From an uncultured virus (IMG/VR IMGVR_UViG_3300022924_000206) (lineage: Duplodnaviria > Heunggongvirae > Uroviricota > Caudoviricetes), in the IMG/VR virus record IMGVR_UViG_3300022924_000206: a DNA stretch of 64,000 nucleotides; one strand, written 5' to 3'. The notes below the pieces were generated by a model that saw only the letters and a program-made list of their open reading frames with translations, was not told the origin of the DNA and made no database searches. The number at the start of each line of letters is the position of its first letter. Position 1 is the first letter of the stretch. A program made the translations under genes and the position numbers. This document shows positions 47,134 to 56,494 of the stretch, one piece after another.

Positions 47134-47203
47134 CTGCGTTCTTTCCTGACTTTTCGTTACAGTATAGCAAATAAGCTTCTTTCAATGTTTCGGAACGGCT
47201 CTC

Positions 47204-47575
47204 ATGGTCAAATCATTAGGTTGGTTGGGTAAAGCTTTTTCGCGTGTTAAAACACCTCACGAGGGTCAAATCCTTTTGGAAAAACTCGAGGCTGAGCTAG
47301 CAAAGGCCGTTGATGACTATTCCGGTCACTCCTATAGTGGACACCCTGAAGAGCAGCTTGAACTCATTGAGCAACGTAAGTTCTGGGTGGATAGATGTCT
47401 CGCCGCTAAAGTTCGAGGATGGACGGTGAGTCCGGAATCTCTCGAAGACGCTGAGACCAATATTCGACTTTGGGAAGAAACTCTTCCGGATTACCGCGGT
47501 TCAAGTGCGGATAGAGATCGCCTTACTAAATTTTTCATTGCTCGACTAGAATGGGCCGAAAAGGGTCTAGTATAA
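47204..47575 (+). CDS. Hypothetical protein
   Basis: 123-aa ORF. Confidence 0.55.
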   Translation: MVKSLGWLGKAFSRVKTPHEGQILLEKLEAELAKAVDDYSGHSYSGHPEEQLELIEQRKFWVDRCLAAKVRGWTVSPESLEDAETNIRLWEETLPDYRGSSADRDRLTKFFIARLEWAEKGLV

Positions 47576-47612
47576 GCGTTACTGTAACCCACGGCCATTG
47601 TGTCGTAGGAAT

Positions 47613-47699
47613 CGCTGGCTTACGTTCTGCGCGAGTTTTGTGATGATTGTGAGCGTTTGTGTGTGGTAACTGTCATTTAGTAGAGATCGTTTTCTAGCG
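47613..47699. repeat. ~87-bp inverted-arm intergenic element, copy 4
   Basis: CGCTGGCTTACGTTCTGCGCGAGTTTT ... TAGAGATCGTTTTCTAGCG. Confidence 0.6.
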
Positions 47700-47712
47700 A
47701 ACCGTACTATAA

Positions 47713-48261
47713 GTGCCCAAAAGAAACATTTCTAACAAGAATGATAGTTTCTTCATGCCTCAGAAATACTATGAACTACTTTTTGCTAAGGAGTCCCTCA
47801 ATTGGGATCTAGGCACCTGGCTTCCTGAAGCTAAGTTTAGGTTCCCAAACGATGCTGAACGGAAGGCATCCGGTAGAACTTATTTAGCAGAACTCTATTA
47901 CGCTCAAGAGGGGTTCAAAATACTCGCTGCGGAGCTAGAGACCTTAGATAAAACCCCGAAACTTTTCAAGCGAACATTGATTGAGCTTCAAATAATGAAC
48001 GATTCATTAATCGCAACCGTGACAGATAAAGCAATTGAGCTCGAACGTTTGTTGCTCCTCTTCGATAGGGAGTTCTTGAGCCTTCATAAGAGCGAACCAG
48101 AAGATTTCATTAGTGAGCTATTAGAGGATGATTTGTCCACAGCGGAAGTAATTCAACGATTGAATAATCTCTATAACGCCTATGTGCTCATCGAAGTATC
48201 GAAAGATGAACTCGATGGAATCTTCGGCGCTATCAAAGGGTTTGAAGTTTACTACGAGTGA
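47713..48261 (+). CDS. Hypothetical protein (paralog of 49268)
   Basis: LIATVTDKAIELERLLLLF vs LLASITSEAIALERIILMF. Confidence 0.6.
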   Translation: MPKRNISNKNDSFFMPQKYYELLFAKESLNWDLGTWLPEAKFRFPNDAERKASGRTYLAELYYAQEGFKILAAELETLDKTPKLFKRTLIELQIMNDSLIATVTDKAIELERLLLLFDREFLSLHKSEPEDFISELLEDDLSTAEVIQRLNNLYNAYVLIEVSKDELDGIFGAIKGFEVYYE

Positions 48262-48301
48262 TCTTGTTGCGTAACTTCTCATTGTGTTATACAGTTGACT
48301 T

Positions 48302-48715
48302 ATGACCATCCTCACCTCTTCGCGTTCTGATCGGCTGACTCGTCAGCAGCAGTCGTTTCTCACGCGGGCGGCTCGATTCGCTCAGGATTCTCGAGTGAGT
48401 CAGCGCCATGGAGCTCTAGTGGTAAAGGGCGGCTCCGTTCTCTCATACGGCATCAATTCCTACACGAATAATCCTCGCATGTTTCCGGTGGATCATTTCG
48501 CCAAGGGTAAGCTTCGTCACCGCGACCGAGCTAAGAGCATCTCTGTCCACGCTGAGATCGCAGCCATGCGCGGCGTCTCTCCCGATCAGCTCCGCGGCGC
48601 TATTATCTACGTGGCGAGAATCACTGCTTCGGATGAGCTCGGTAATAGTGCTCCCTGTGAAAACTGTGCAGATGAGCTGCTCAAGGCCGGAGTCAAGCGA
48701 GTGATCTTCACCTAA
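48302..48715 (+). CDS. Cytidine/dCMP deaminase-like zinc protein
   Basis: HGALVV, HAEIAA, PCENC, GVKRVIF. Confidence 0.85.
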   Translation: MTILTSSRSDRLTRQQQSFLTRAARFAQDSRVSQRHGALVVKGGSVLSYGINSYTNNPRMFPVDHFAKGKLRHRDRAKSISVHAEIAAMRGVSPDQLRGAIIYVARITASDELGNSAPCENCADELLKAGVKRVIFT

Positions 48716-48801
48716 GTATTGCGATGAATCCCGTGAAGGTGTATAATTAGCTGTACGTGTGTACTAGCTCTCGTACACCTTCATTTTAGATTGGGGATTT
48801 C

Positions 48802-49260
48802 GTGGCTACTTCCGTCACCCATCTCTTGGATTTCGTATGTGAAGGCTACGTTGGAAACTTCGAAGTTGAGTTCGCCAGCTATGTTTTCAATTTTCCTCCC
48901 GAGTATGACAATCGGGATTTCAGCATCTACCTCACCGAAAAAGAACGGGAAGCCATCGAGCAGGAGCTTGACGAAGATTTCCTAGAGGGTTTCTACACTG
49001 AATACGGCTGGCGTTTCGTGGAGCTTGGCTATGGAAAACGACCAGGAACCGATGAGCAGCTTTTCACGGTGCAAGTCCACGTGAGTGATGAAATATGGAA
49101 AACGGTTACTCCTGAGCTCATCGAAAATCTCAAAATCCGAGCCGTGAAATTCTTTGAGGTTTACGAAGCAAATCTGCCCACATATCGCACTTCAGATGGT
49201 GCGTTTGTGGGCTTGGTGCACACAACCATCGAGAGCACCTCCACGAAAGAGCTCCTCTAG
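48802..49260 (+). CDS. Hypothetical protein
   Basis: 152-aa ORF. Confidence 0.55.
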   Translation: MATSVTHLLDFVCEGYVGNFEVEFASYVFNFPPEYDNRDFSIYLTEKEREAIEQELDEDFLEGFYTEYGWRFVELGYGKRPGTDEQLFTVQVHVSDEIWKTVTPELIENLKIRAVKFFEVYEANLPTYRTSDGAFVGLVHTTIESTSTKELL

Positions 49261-49267
49261 GAAAGCC

Positions 49268-49852
49268 ATGGCAATCAACATTTCGCAAAATTTCTTTGGA
49301 GAAGTTCTCCAGCTCAAAAATAGGATGCTAAAATCAGAAGTTTTGAGTAGCATTCCACGTTCCGCCTATTTCGCTTCCGTCGAGCACCCCGAAGCTTATT
49401 TTGAGCGCTTGTATTTCCTTCAAAAAAGATTCCTTAGTCTACTTCAAGGCTCTGAGTTTCAAAGAGGATTAGCTCAAACGGACATTGCGCTCGCTGAGCT
49501 TTATCTCTTTGAGAAAGATGTCCAGAGCCTTCAAACTACCCTCAATGAGCTATTGGCTTCCATTACCTCTGAGGCGATTGCTTTAGAGCGCATTATTCTA
49601 ATGTTCCGCAAGGGATTTCTCGCTAGCATCAATGTCGAACCTAGTCAGCTAGTGAGCAAGTTGATGGTTGACGATTGGCCCGTAGAATTGGCTGCTGAAA
49701 AGCTCAATTCTCTTCTCCCCATTTATGAAAATGCTGGCTGTGCTCCCGAGGATTTAAGTGCCATAGTTTCCGCAATAGATACCTTTGAGGTGCTCTACTG
49801 TCATAAACAAAAACCAGAGATTCCCCTTCCGGAAGGGCTAATCTACCTGTAA
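49268..49852 (+). CDS. Hypothetical protein (paralog of 47713)
   Basis: AGGA RBS before ATG 49268. Confidence 0.6.
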   Translation: MAINISQNFFGEVLQLKNRMLKSEVLSSIPRSAYFASVEHPEAYFERLYFLQKRFLSLLQGSEFQRGLAQTDIALAELYLFEKDVQSLQTTLNELLASITSEAIALERIILMFRKGFLASINVEPSQLVSKLMVDDWPVELAAEKLNSLLPIYENAGCAPEDLSAIVSAIDTFEVLYCHKQKPEIPLPEGLIYL

Positions 49853-49917
49853 TATTTCATTGTGCTATTGAACTTCCTAATATACAATATAACTATACTT
49901 CTAATTGAGAGGCTCCC

Positions 49918-50535
49918 ATGAGCGCGCACACCATTGATGAAATTCTTACTGTCACCACGGCGGAGCTTCTCCGAGCTGGCGGAGTAGATAACTGGGAGTG
50001 GTACGGTGATTCTCTAGAGGATTACGTTCGTTCCGATGATGAGCTTGAGGATGCCGAGAGCTTCCTTTCCTCACTTGCCTCCGGAGGCGTAGACAACTGG
50101 GACTGGTATGGCGCAAGCCTCGAAGGTCTCGATGAGTACGAAGAGTACCTCAACTCGCTTAGCGATGTCGCCACCGCTGACAGCTTCTATGCGTGGAAGA
50201 ACGCGGCCGAGACGGCTGCCGCAGCAATTGTGGTGGTTCCGGAGCCGGCTGTTGTCGTGGTGGAGAAGCGTCTTGTCAAGGGGGATACTGAGAAGAAGCT
50301 TCACGAATACATCTCCGCAAAGTACGGTGAGGCTCGTGCTGACGAGATTTTTGAGAAGGCTATCGAGGCAGGTTTCTGGAAGTACTCCAACTTCCAGAAG
50401 GAGTACGCCAAGGCAGTGAAGGTCATCGTGGAGGGACTCGAGAATCCCCTTGAGCACGCTCGCGCTGCACTGTTCGCCGCCGTTGTGAAGAACAAGAAGA
50501 TTGACGGATTCCTTGACACCGTAGCCACGAGCTAA
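49918..50535 (+). CDS. Phage-like protein with duplicated GGVDNWxWYG motif
   Basis: GGVDNWEWYG and GGVDNWDWYG. Confidence 0.7.
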   Translation: MSAHTIDEILTVTTAELLRAGGVDNWEWYGDSLEDYVRSDDELEDAESFLSSLASGGVDNWDWYGASLEGLDEYEEYLNSLSDVATADSFYAWKNAAETAAAAIVVVPEPAVVVVEKRLVKGDTEKKLHEYISAKYGEARADEIFEKAIEAGFWKYSNFQKEYAKAVKVIVEGLENPLEHARAALFAAVVKNKKIDGFLDTVATS

Positions 50536-50593
50536 GGTTTGATTTAGGTATAAGGTACCTAACTAATTCCTAAAAGAATCAAGAGAGCTACTC

Positions 50594-51454
50594 ATGAGAA
50601 ACTTCGTATTCGGAGATACCGGAGGTCACGGTAATCAGCTTTTGAGTAGCCTCTTTGCTATTGGACTAGATAAGGAATCTTTAAAACTCCCTGAAGATGT
50701 GCGTATTATCCATCTCGGGGATCTCATCCATAAAGGACCCGACTCCAATGTGCTAGTTCATTTCGTCAATGAGATAATGGCGGCAAATCCCGGACAATGG
50801 ATTCAACTCTTCGGTAATCACGAGCTACACCATGTCCCAGATGCGCCTAAGTTTTGGCGTTGCGACTGCGATCTGCATACGATTACAATGCTCAACGGCT
50901 GGCTAGATTCCGGTAAAGCTCGTATCACCTGGGGGCTCGATGAGTTCTCTGAGATTCCTCGTAAGGAAGCCGACGGTGGAAAAATTTCAACCAGGACCAA
51001 AGGTATTTTCTTCTCTCACGCGGGACTCACAAGGATGTTTTGGAAAGAGGTAGGTGCTTTAGCTTCCGCAGAGAAAACAGCCGAAGCGATAAACGCTCTT
51101 CCACTGGTCGATGCCGCAAGACCCGGTGTGATGCTCTTTGATCCTTTTGCTCCAAAAGATAGAATTCAGCGACCGGGGCCTGCCTGGGCGTTAGGTCATA
51201 GCGAAGTTTTTGAAAGCTGGACGGATACTGAACTTCCGTTCTCGCAAGTTCACGGACACACTACGGCTTTCAGTTGGCCTCACAACGCCTGGTACGAAGG
51301 TGTAACTAAAGTTTACCGAGATGCCACAGTTCTTTATCCCATCATTAGAGCTTCGGTCACCGATGTGGACGGGAATGTTCTCATCGGGGTAGATCCCGGT
51401 TTCGATAAGACCGTTGATCTGGACAAACAGCCGTACCTCACAATTATTTCTTAG
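50594..51454 (+). CDS. Calcineurin-like metallophosphoesterase
   Basis: FGDTGG, HLGDLIHKGPDS, GNHE, SHAG, VHGHT. Confidence 0.85.
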   Translation: MRNFVFGDTGGHGNQLLSSLFAIGLDKESLKLPEDVRIIHLGDLIHKGPDSNVLVHFVNEIMAANPGQWIQLFGNHELHHVPDAPKFWRCDCDLHTITMLNGWLDSGKARITWGLDEFSEIPRKEADGGKISTRTKGIFFSHAGLTRMFWKEVGALASAEKTAEAINALPLVDAARPGVMLFDPFAPKDRIQRPGPAWALGHSEVFESWTDTELPFSQVHGHTTAFSWPHNAWYEGVTKVYRDATVLYPIIRASVTDVDGNVLIGVDPGFDKTVDLDKQPYLTIIS

Positions 51455-51501
51455 TAAAAGTTGCGTTTCCTTGCGGTATCGTATAGAGTCGTATTGTTGA
51501 C

Positions 51502-51837
51502 TTGAACGATTCATTAGGAGAAAAAGTGACTGAGCTGGCTAACAAGGGCGCTCTTATCGAGGACCTCTACGAGGTGCTTTCGGAGTGCACCACCCTTGAG
51601 CTTGACACAACCGTTTTCGAGATTCTTTTCGACGGTGAGGCTGTCCTCCAAGAGGTTGCCCAGTGGGGCGCCAGCGACACCGTTGTCCGCGAGCAGGGCA
51701 TGAACGTGCTCATCAACAAGCTCATCGGCATGGATTGGCCCACCTACGGGGACGGCGCCACCGCCGAGGAGATCGACTGTCTCGTGGAGTCCATGCAGAA
51801 CGCTCACGACAAGCTCATGACGGCGGTGCTCTCCTAA
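51502..51837 (+). CDS. Hypothetical protein
   Basis: AGGAG RBS (true start probably GTG ~51526). Confidence 0.6.
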   Translation: MNDSLGEKVTELANKGALIEDLYEVLSECTTLELDTTVFEILFDGEAVLQEVAQWGASDTVVREQGMNVLINKLIGMDWPTYGDGATAEEIDCLVESMQNAHDKLMTAVLS

Positions 51838-52112
51838 TGACGACTAAAACTTTTGCTAGGCAAAAAGAGGATGATTCCGCTTTTTATGCGGGACTCAGCC
51901 TCGTGTGGGTGTTTGCTAGCATCCTTCATCTCATTGCTCAACTTGACCCAAGCTCCGAGGCTCCCAGCTGGGGCCTCTATGTATGGCTCATCGTTTTTCC
52001 GTACTGGAGTGTGTCTCTGGTAATCACCGGGCGCCGCTGGCTTCGCTTGCGTAAAGCGAGACTTGCTACATCCATCGCTAAAGAGGAGACAGCTAGTGTC
52101 AACCACAGCTAA
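51837..52112 (+). CDS. Small membrane protein
   Basis: TAATG overlap; two hydrophobic helices. Confidence 0.55.
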   Translation: MTTKTFARQKEDDSAFYAGLSLVWVFASILHLIAQLDPSSEAPSWGLYVWLIVFPYWSVSLVITGRRWLRLRKARLATSIAKEETASVNHS

Positions 52113-52851
52113 AGAAAACATCGAAGAGACCAAGGTTCTCCTCAGCCTGATTACACTTGCTGGACCCAATTCTCCTCGGCGTCGGAATTACGTGGATGCT
52201 CTCGCAGCGATTCCACTCACGGACGGCGAGCATAGCGCCGATGACGATGAGTTCTACCGTCTCGGTGTTAGGGATCTTATCCTAGCGGCTGAGGCGGCTA
52301 ACCAGCTCACGAAGATCGAAGCGGACAGACTCGTCGGAGTCAAGGAGCCGATCACCAATGAGGAGCGGGACGCTCGTTTCGTGGAGCTTCTAGCGGTTGA
52401 CGGTAACGGAGCTGTAGAGGCATTCCTTCCAAGTACTACCCCGCTTCGTGTGGTGCTCATCGGTCCCATCAAGACCTGGTGGGGACGCCTGGAATCCGAC
52501 GAATATAAGGAGTACTCTGCCTGGCGAGACGCCGTGCGAGCCGCTCTAATCTACCACGGCTCACTGGTTTATGCTCCCCACCGTGCCTGGTCCGGTGGCT
52601 GGCACGAGAGTGCTCAGCTGGTCAACGACCTTGCCATCAAGGAATCTGACCTCGTGGTCACCATCACTCCTCCGGGAGTTGAATCCGTAGGAACCGATGC
52701 TGAAGAGGCTGTCGCTGCCTCTTACGGTATTCCGGTTTACCACGCCCCGCCGGCCGGCAAGGACGGAATCGACAAGCTTCTAGCTGTGCTTGGTTCCATT
52801 TCCTTGGCTTTCCTAAGTGAAGAGACAAAAGGCTTGAGAGCAAGCAAGTAA
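52096..52851 (+). CDS. Protein with C-terminal nucleoside 2-deoxyribosyltransferase-like (flavodoxin-fold) domain
   Basis: VVLIGPI, VYAPH, NDLAIKESDLVV, SVGTDAE...A...GIPV. Confidence 0.55.
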   Translation: MSTTAKENIEETKVLLSLITLAGPNSPRRRNYVDALAAIPLTDGEHSADDDEFYRLGVRDLILAAEAANQLTKIEADRLVGVKEPITNEERDARFVELLAVDGNGAVEAFLPSTTPLRVVLIGPIKTWWGRLESDEYKEYSAWRDAVRAALIYHGSLVYAPHRAWSGGWHESAQLVNDLAIKESDLVVTITPPGVESVGTDAEEAVAASYGIPVYHAPPAGKDGIDKLLAVLGSISLAFLSEETKGLRASK

Positions 52852-53160
52852 ATGACTGAGTTAACCCCCATCGTAGAGCTGATGGAATCCAACGAGCTTT
52901 TTACCTGGCTCAGGGATCAGACATTATCCGAATCCCGCACTGATGAAGAGCATGAATTAGTTATAGCCGCTGTCGAAAAGCGCTATATTGAACTCATGAA
53001 GCTCCGGCCGGAGCTTATTACAATTCAGGAAAATCTTGCAGATGCGATAGAGCTAGCTTTCGGAGAACCTTCGGAAACTAACGTGGCTCTCGTACGATCA
53101 ATAACTGAGAAACAAAATCTACTTTGGCGGGAAGCGTTAGCATTGGAGACTGGACAATGA
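52852..53160 (+). CDS. Hypothetical protein
   Basis: Coupled ORF. Confidence 0.55.
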   Translation: MTELTPIVELMESNELFTWLRDQTLSESRTDEEHELVIAAVEKRYIELMKLRPELITIQENLADAIELAFGEPSETNVALVRSITEKQNLLWREALALETGQ

Positions 53161-53348
53161 CAGCTCGAGATGAATATGGCCGCCCGCTTCCGGAGAGCAT
53201 TTGTAAAAACTGTGGTGATGCTATTCACCTAGTTCCGGAGATGCATTTTGGAAGTGCCTGGTTCCACATTGAATCACGTTCAATGGCATGCTACGGCGTG
53301 GTCGCTGAACCAATTGAAGAGACAGAACAAACGGAGGATCAACCATGA
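53157..53348 (+). CDS. Small zinc-finger-like protein
   Basis: CKNCG...WFH...C. Confidence 0.55.
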   Translation: MTARDEYGRPLPESICKNCGDAIHLVPEMHFGSAWFHIESRSMACYGVVAEPIEETEQTEDQP

Positions 53349-53527
53349 GCGATTACTACAGCACCGGTAAGAAATCAAAGCGTAAGCTCAAGCAGGTCGA
53401 GGTCAAGGCAGCCGCTGCCATCGAGATTGCTCGTTACCAGGCAATCGCTGCGGTAGCCAAGAGCGATGAACTAAGCACCTCTGACATTAGAGCCGTGCTT
53501 ACTCATCTCGGGGTTGTTCTCAAGTAA
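53345..53527 (+). CDS. Small hypothetical protein
   Basis: GGAGG RBS; ATGA overlap. Confidence 0.55.
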   Translation: MSDYYSTGKKSKRKLKQVEVKAAAAIEIARYQAIAAVAKSDELSTSDIRAVLTHLGVVLK

Positions 53528-53539
53528 TTCAAACTAAAT

Positions 53540-53596
53540 GGTGGTCCATAGAACCGGTTCTAATCAATAGATAGCACACTGGTTCTATGGACCACC
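53540..53596. terminator. Long hairpin (terminator or operator)
   Basis: GGTGGTCCATAGAACC ... GGTTCTATGGACCACC. Confidence 0.55.
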
Positions 53597-53661
53597 GTTT
53601 GTGGTTTCATGAGACATGTGTTAGATTTGATCCGTGGACCAGGCTATGAATCCACCCACTA

Positions 53662-54471
53662 GTGGACCAAGTGGCACCGACTATAGGAAAGAGAGTTGCG
53701 GACCGGGTGAGTGATTTTAATACACTTTTGTCTTCGCGAGAGATCGGCGTAGCGCGAGCCACTGAACCTCAGAAGAGACAGTCACTTGACGGGGTTCGGG
53801 TGGTTCACGATTATCACAGCGATGCCTACTTTCTTGGCTATTACGAATTCTCTCTTCTTCTCGGAGGAATGAGTGGGGACGCGGCTCTCTCGATTGCTCA
53901 TTCCATCGCTAAACATTTCGAAGCCGGAGCGCCTCTCTGGGCACTCTCGTTGGAGCAGGCTTTTGATTTTATTCTCACGGCTTCCCTCAATAAGCAACTT
54001 CCCAATAGCGCTTTTCACTGTGGTGAACCCGGCCTTTTGGAGCTTCACTATGCTCCGACGGATTCATTCAGCCAGCAGGCGATTCTTGATGCTGTTTCAA
54101 ACTCCTACAATAACGGAGTTCCACTTGAGTTTAGCTACACAGCTCATCGAGAAGATGAAGATGGTGAGCTAAAAGAGGAAACTCATATCCGTAGAGTGAA
54201 TGTGACCTCCATGGATGGCTTAGGGTTCAACGGGCGTCACAGTAGAGGAACTAGACGGTTTAGTCTCTCATCCGTAAACTGGGCGTTGAACAATAGCGTT
54301 ATTCCTCACGAGGTTCAACCGGAGCCTCTAGTTCACTTCTCATTGGAAGAGCATGAGGGAAGAAAGCGCTTCGTTATGGAGTTCGGCCGCTGGGGAGATA
54401 ACGGGAAGCTTCTCCTAGGACCTGATCGACGCTACGAGTTCGAAACTCGATCAGAGAATCTACCCTGGTAG
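53662..54471 (+). CDS. Divergent WYL-like domain protein
   Basis: PLEFSY...HIRRVNV...FNGRHSRGTRRFSLSSV...EPLV. Confidence 0.55.
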   Translation: MDQVAPTIGKRVADRVSDFNTLLSSREIGVARATEPQKRQSLDGVRVVHDYHSDAYFLGYYEFSLLLGGMSGDAALSIAHSIAKHFEAGAPLWALSLEQAFDFILTASLNKQLPNSAFHCGEPGLLELHYAPTDSFSQQAILDAVSNSYNNGVPLEFSYTAHREDEDGELKEETHIRRVNVTSMDGLGFNGRHSRGTRRFSLSSVNWALNNSVIPHEVQPEPLVHFSLEEHEGRKRFVMEFGRWGDNGKLLLGPDRRYEFETRSENLPW

Positions 54472-54852
54472 TTAGGCCTCTCCAGGAAGCTTGTCAGCTT
54501 TAGCCTCATTGCACGGACTACACATGGTGGCGTAGTTCTCGTGAGCATTGGCTCCACCCTTGCTCTTCGGCTGGATGTGATCCTTGGTCATGAGCACGAG
54601 CTTGTTGTCGCCGTTGAGCGCGTAAAGGTTCAGGTGAGGGACAGTTTCAAGATTGTGAGTCTCGAAGATGTAAACTGAACCCTCGATACCGCAGGTAACG
54701 CAAGTTAGACCCTTTTCTTTGAAAAGGCGAAGGCGCTGACTCGTGTAATTGAACTTCTCGCCATCCGGAAGCAGTGCGCGCTTCCTATCCAGTCGGGTAT
54801 TCTCCATGGCGAAGTGAACGTCTTCAACTGAATAGTACTTGAGGCGAATCAT
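54472..54852 (-). CDS. HNH endonuclease
   Basis: CVTCG, TKDHIQPKSKGGAN...NY..MCSPCNEAK. Confidence 0.88.
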   Translation of the reverse strand: MIRLKYYSVEDVHFAMENTRLDRKRALLPDGEKFNYTSQRLRLFKEKGLTCVTCGIEGSVYIFETHNLETVPHLNLYALNGDNKLVLMTKDHIQPKSKGGANAHENYATMCSPCNEAKADKLPGEA

Positions 54853-54957
54853 GGTTTAATCATACGCTATATTGTAGAATTACGCAAACATTACGTGCGA
54901 TATGCCCATGGCCATGTTTGAGCTGGCGTTGGTAGGATACTCTCCGGAGGTTTTACT

Positions 54958-55752
54958 GTGGTTCTTTATGGTGCTCATCTTTCTCGTAGAACAATTGTCG
55001 AAGGGGTAAAAGCGACAGGGGCTCAGGCTGCTCAAGTATTTCTTGGAAGCCCGAAAAGCTGGGCAGCCCCAGCTAAGCTCCCCGAAACTGATCTAAAATT
55101 CTGGGCTGATTACAAATTGCCGGTCTATGTTCATAGTTCATATTTAGTGAACCCAGCTGGAAATACCGAGGATTTCAGAGCTAAGACAATCAAATCCCTC
55201 AACGATCAATTCTCCGCAGCTGCTGACATCAAGTCTAGCGGCCTTGTGGTGCACGGAGGCCACGCCTCAGGCCAGACGTTAGATGTGGCGGTAGCTCGTT
55301 GGAAAGAGTGTTTAGCTCAGGTGGATATGCGAGGAGTCCAACTCTTAGTGGAAAATACCGCTGGGGGCTCCAATGCTCCCGGGCGCTCTTTAGAGGGCTT
55401 ACAAAAACTCTGGGAAGCAATCGGTGATTACTCTCCGAAGCTCTGTCTCGACACCTGCCACGCTTGGACCGGTAACGTGTTGGATGCTGAACTCCCGGCA
55501 GACGAAGCCTTCCATAAGTTCATGGATGAACTGGATGCGAGTGGAATCGAAATTGCACTTACTCATTTGAACGGTTCAATGGATCCAAGGAGAGGCGGAA
55601 GAGATCATCATAGCAATCTCACCGCTTCGCTTTACTCTATTGAGGTGTCGAAATCGGTTGCTGAACGAGCTAATGTTCCAGCTATTCTTGAGACTCCGGG
55701 ACCGCTAGCTGTTTTGAAAGCTGAGCTGGATGCTTTGAGAATCGGCAATTGA
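54958..55752 (+). CDS. nfo: Endonuclease IV (AP endonuclease family 2)
   Basis: GAHLS, QVFLGSP, VHSSYLVN, VVHGG, VENTAG, CLDTCH, HLN, DHH, ILETP. Confidence 0.85.
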   Translation: MVLYGAHLSRRTIVEGVKATGAQAAQVFLGSPKSWAAPAKLPETDLKFWADYKLPVYVHSSYLVNPAGNTEDFRAKTIKSLNDQFSAAADIKSSGLVVHGGHASGQTLDVAVARWKECLAQVDMRGVQLLVENTAGGSNAPGRSLEGLQKLWEAIGDYSPKLCLDTCHAWTGNVLDAELPADEAFHKFMDELDASGIEIALTHLNGSMDPRRGGRDHHSNLTASLYSIEVSKSVAERANVPAILETPGPLAVLKAELDALRIGN

Positions 55753-55776
55753 CTTTAACTTTTTGATAGTGACTCA

Positions 55777-56283
55777 ATGAAAACACTTGAAATAGCTCAG
55801 TTAGAGACTCGACCTAAGGCGGTCCTAACATTGGGAATTATGGCTTTAGCTGTTTCGTCAATAGTAACCCTCATAGCATTTTCTCAAATCCCAAATGAAA
55901 CCATGGTGATTAGCCTTCCAGGTAAACGAAGCAGCTTAGATATTGGTGAAGTCAACGCCGCCGGTTTCGGTTTAGCCTCTCTCCTCCTAGTTGCAACTAG
56001 TATTTGGTGGATTCTTCTAACTAGTAGAGCTCAACGAGTAAATCAGTTTCAAGTAATCTGGGTTCCAATAATTGCTCTTTTCGTGGTCGGTGGTTTCATC
56101 ACCCTCCTACTCAGCCTTGAACCAGCCACCAACGGTTGGGGTATAGCTGGTGGGGCTTTCGGCACAGTTCTATATTCTGGGGCCATAGCTCTTTTGAGCA
56201 GCATCGCTTGGAAAACTATTAGATTAGAACTAATAAAAGAAGAGCTCTTAAGAAATTCAATCATCACTAGCAGAGGTCAGTAA
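55777..56283 (+). CDS. Membrane protein (4 TM)
   Basis: Four hydrophobic segments. Confidence 0.65.
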   Translation: MKTLEIAQLETRPKAVLTLGIMALAVSSIVTLIAFSQIPNETMVISLPGKRSSLDIGEVNAAGFGLASLLLVATSIWWILLTSRAQRVNQFQVIWVPIIALFVVGGFITLLLSLEPATNGWGIAGGAFGTVLYSGAIALLSSIAWKTIRLELIKEELLRNSIITSRGQ

Positions 56284-56297
56284 ACCTGTCTAGCACA

Positions 56298-56384
56298 CGC
56301 TGGATCGCAGTCTAAACGAGTTTTATACGAGGTACTAACATTCGTGTGTAAACCCGGACGTACTCCTTAGACTACATAGCAGCG
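56298..56384. repeat. ~87-bp inverted-arm intergenic element, copy 5
   Basis: CGCTG-N6-AGTCTAA ... TTAGACT-N6-CAGCG. Confidence 0.65.
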
Positions 56385-56494
56385 CCTCGCCTTTACCAGA
56401 GGTTCTATTGCGTATTTCAGCTTTTTCATGTAGAATTTTCAGGAAACGCTACATTTTATTTTAGGTAGCCCTTAGCGCATAATGGAAGTTAATC

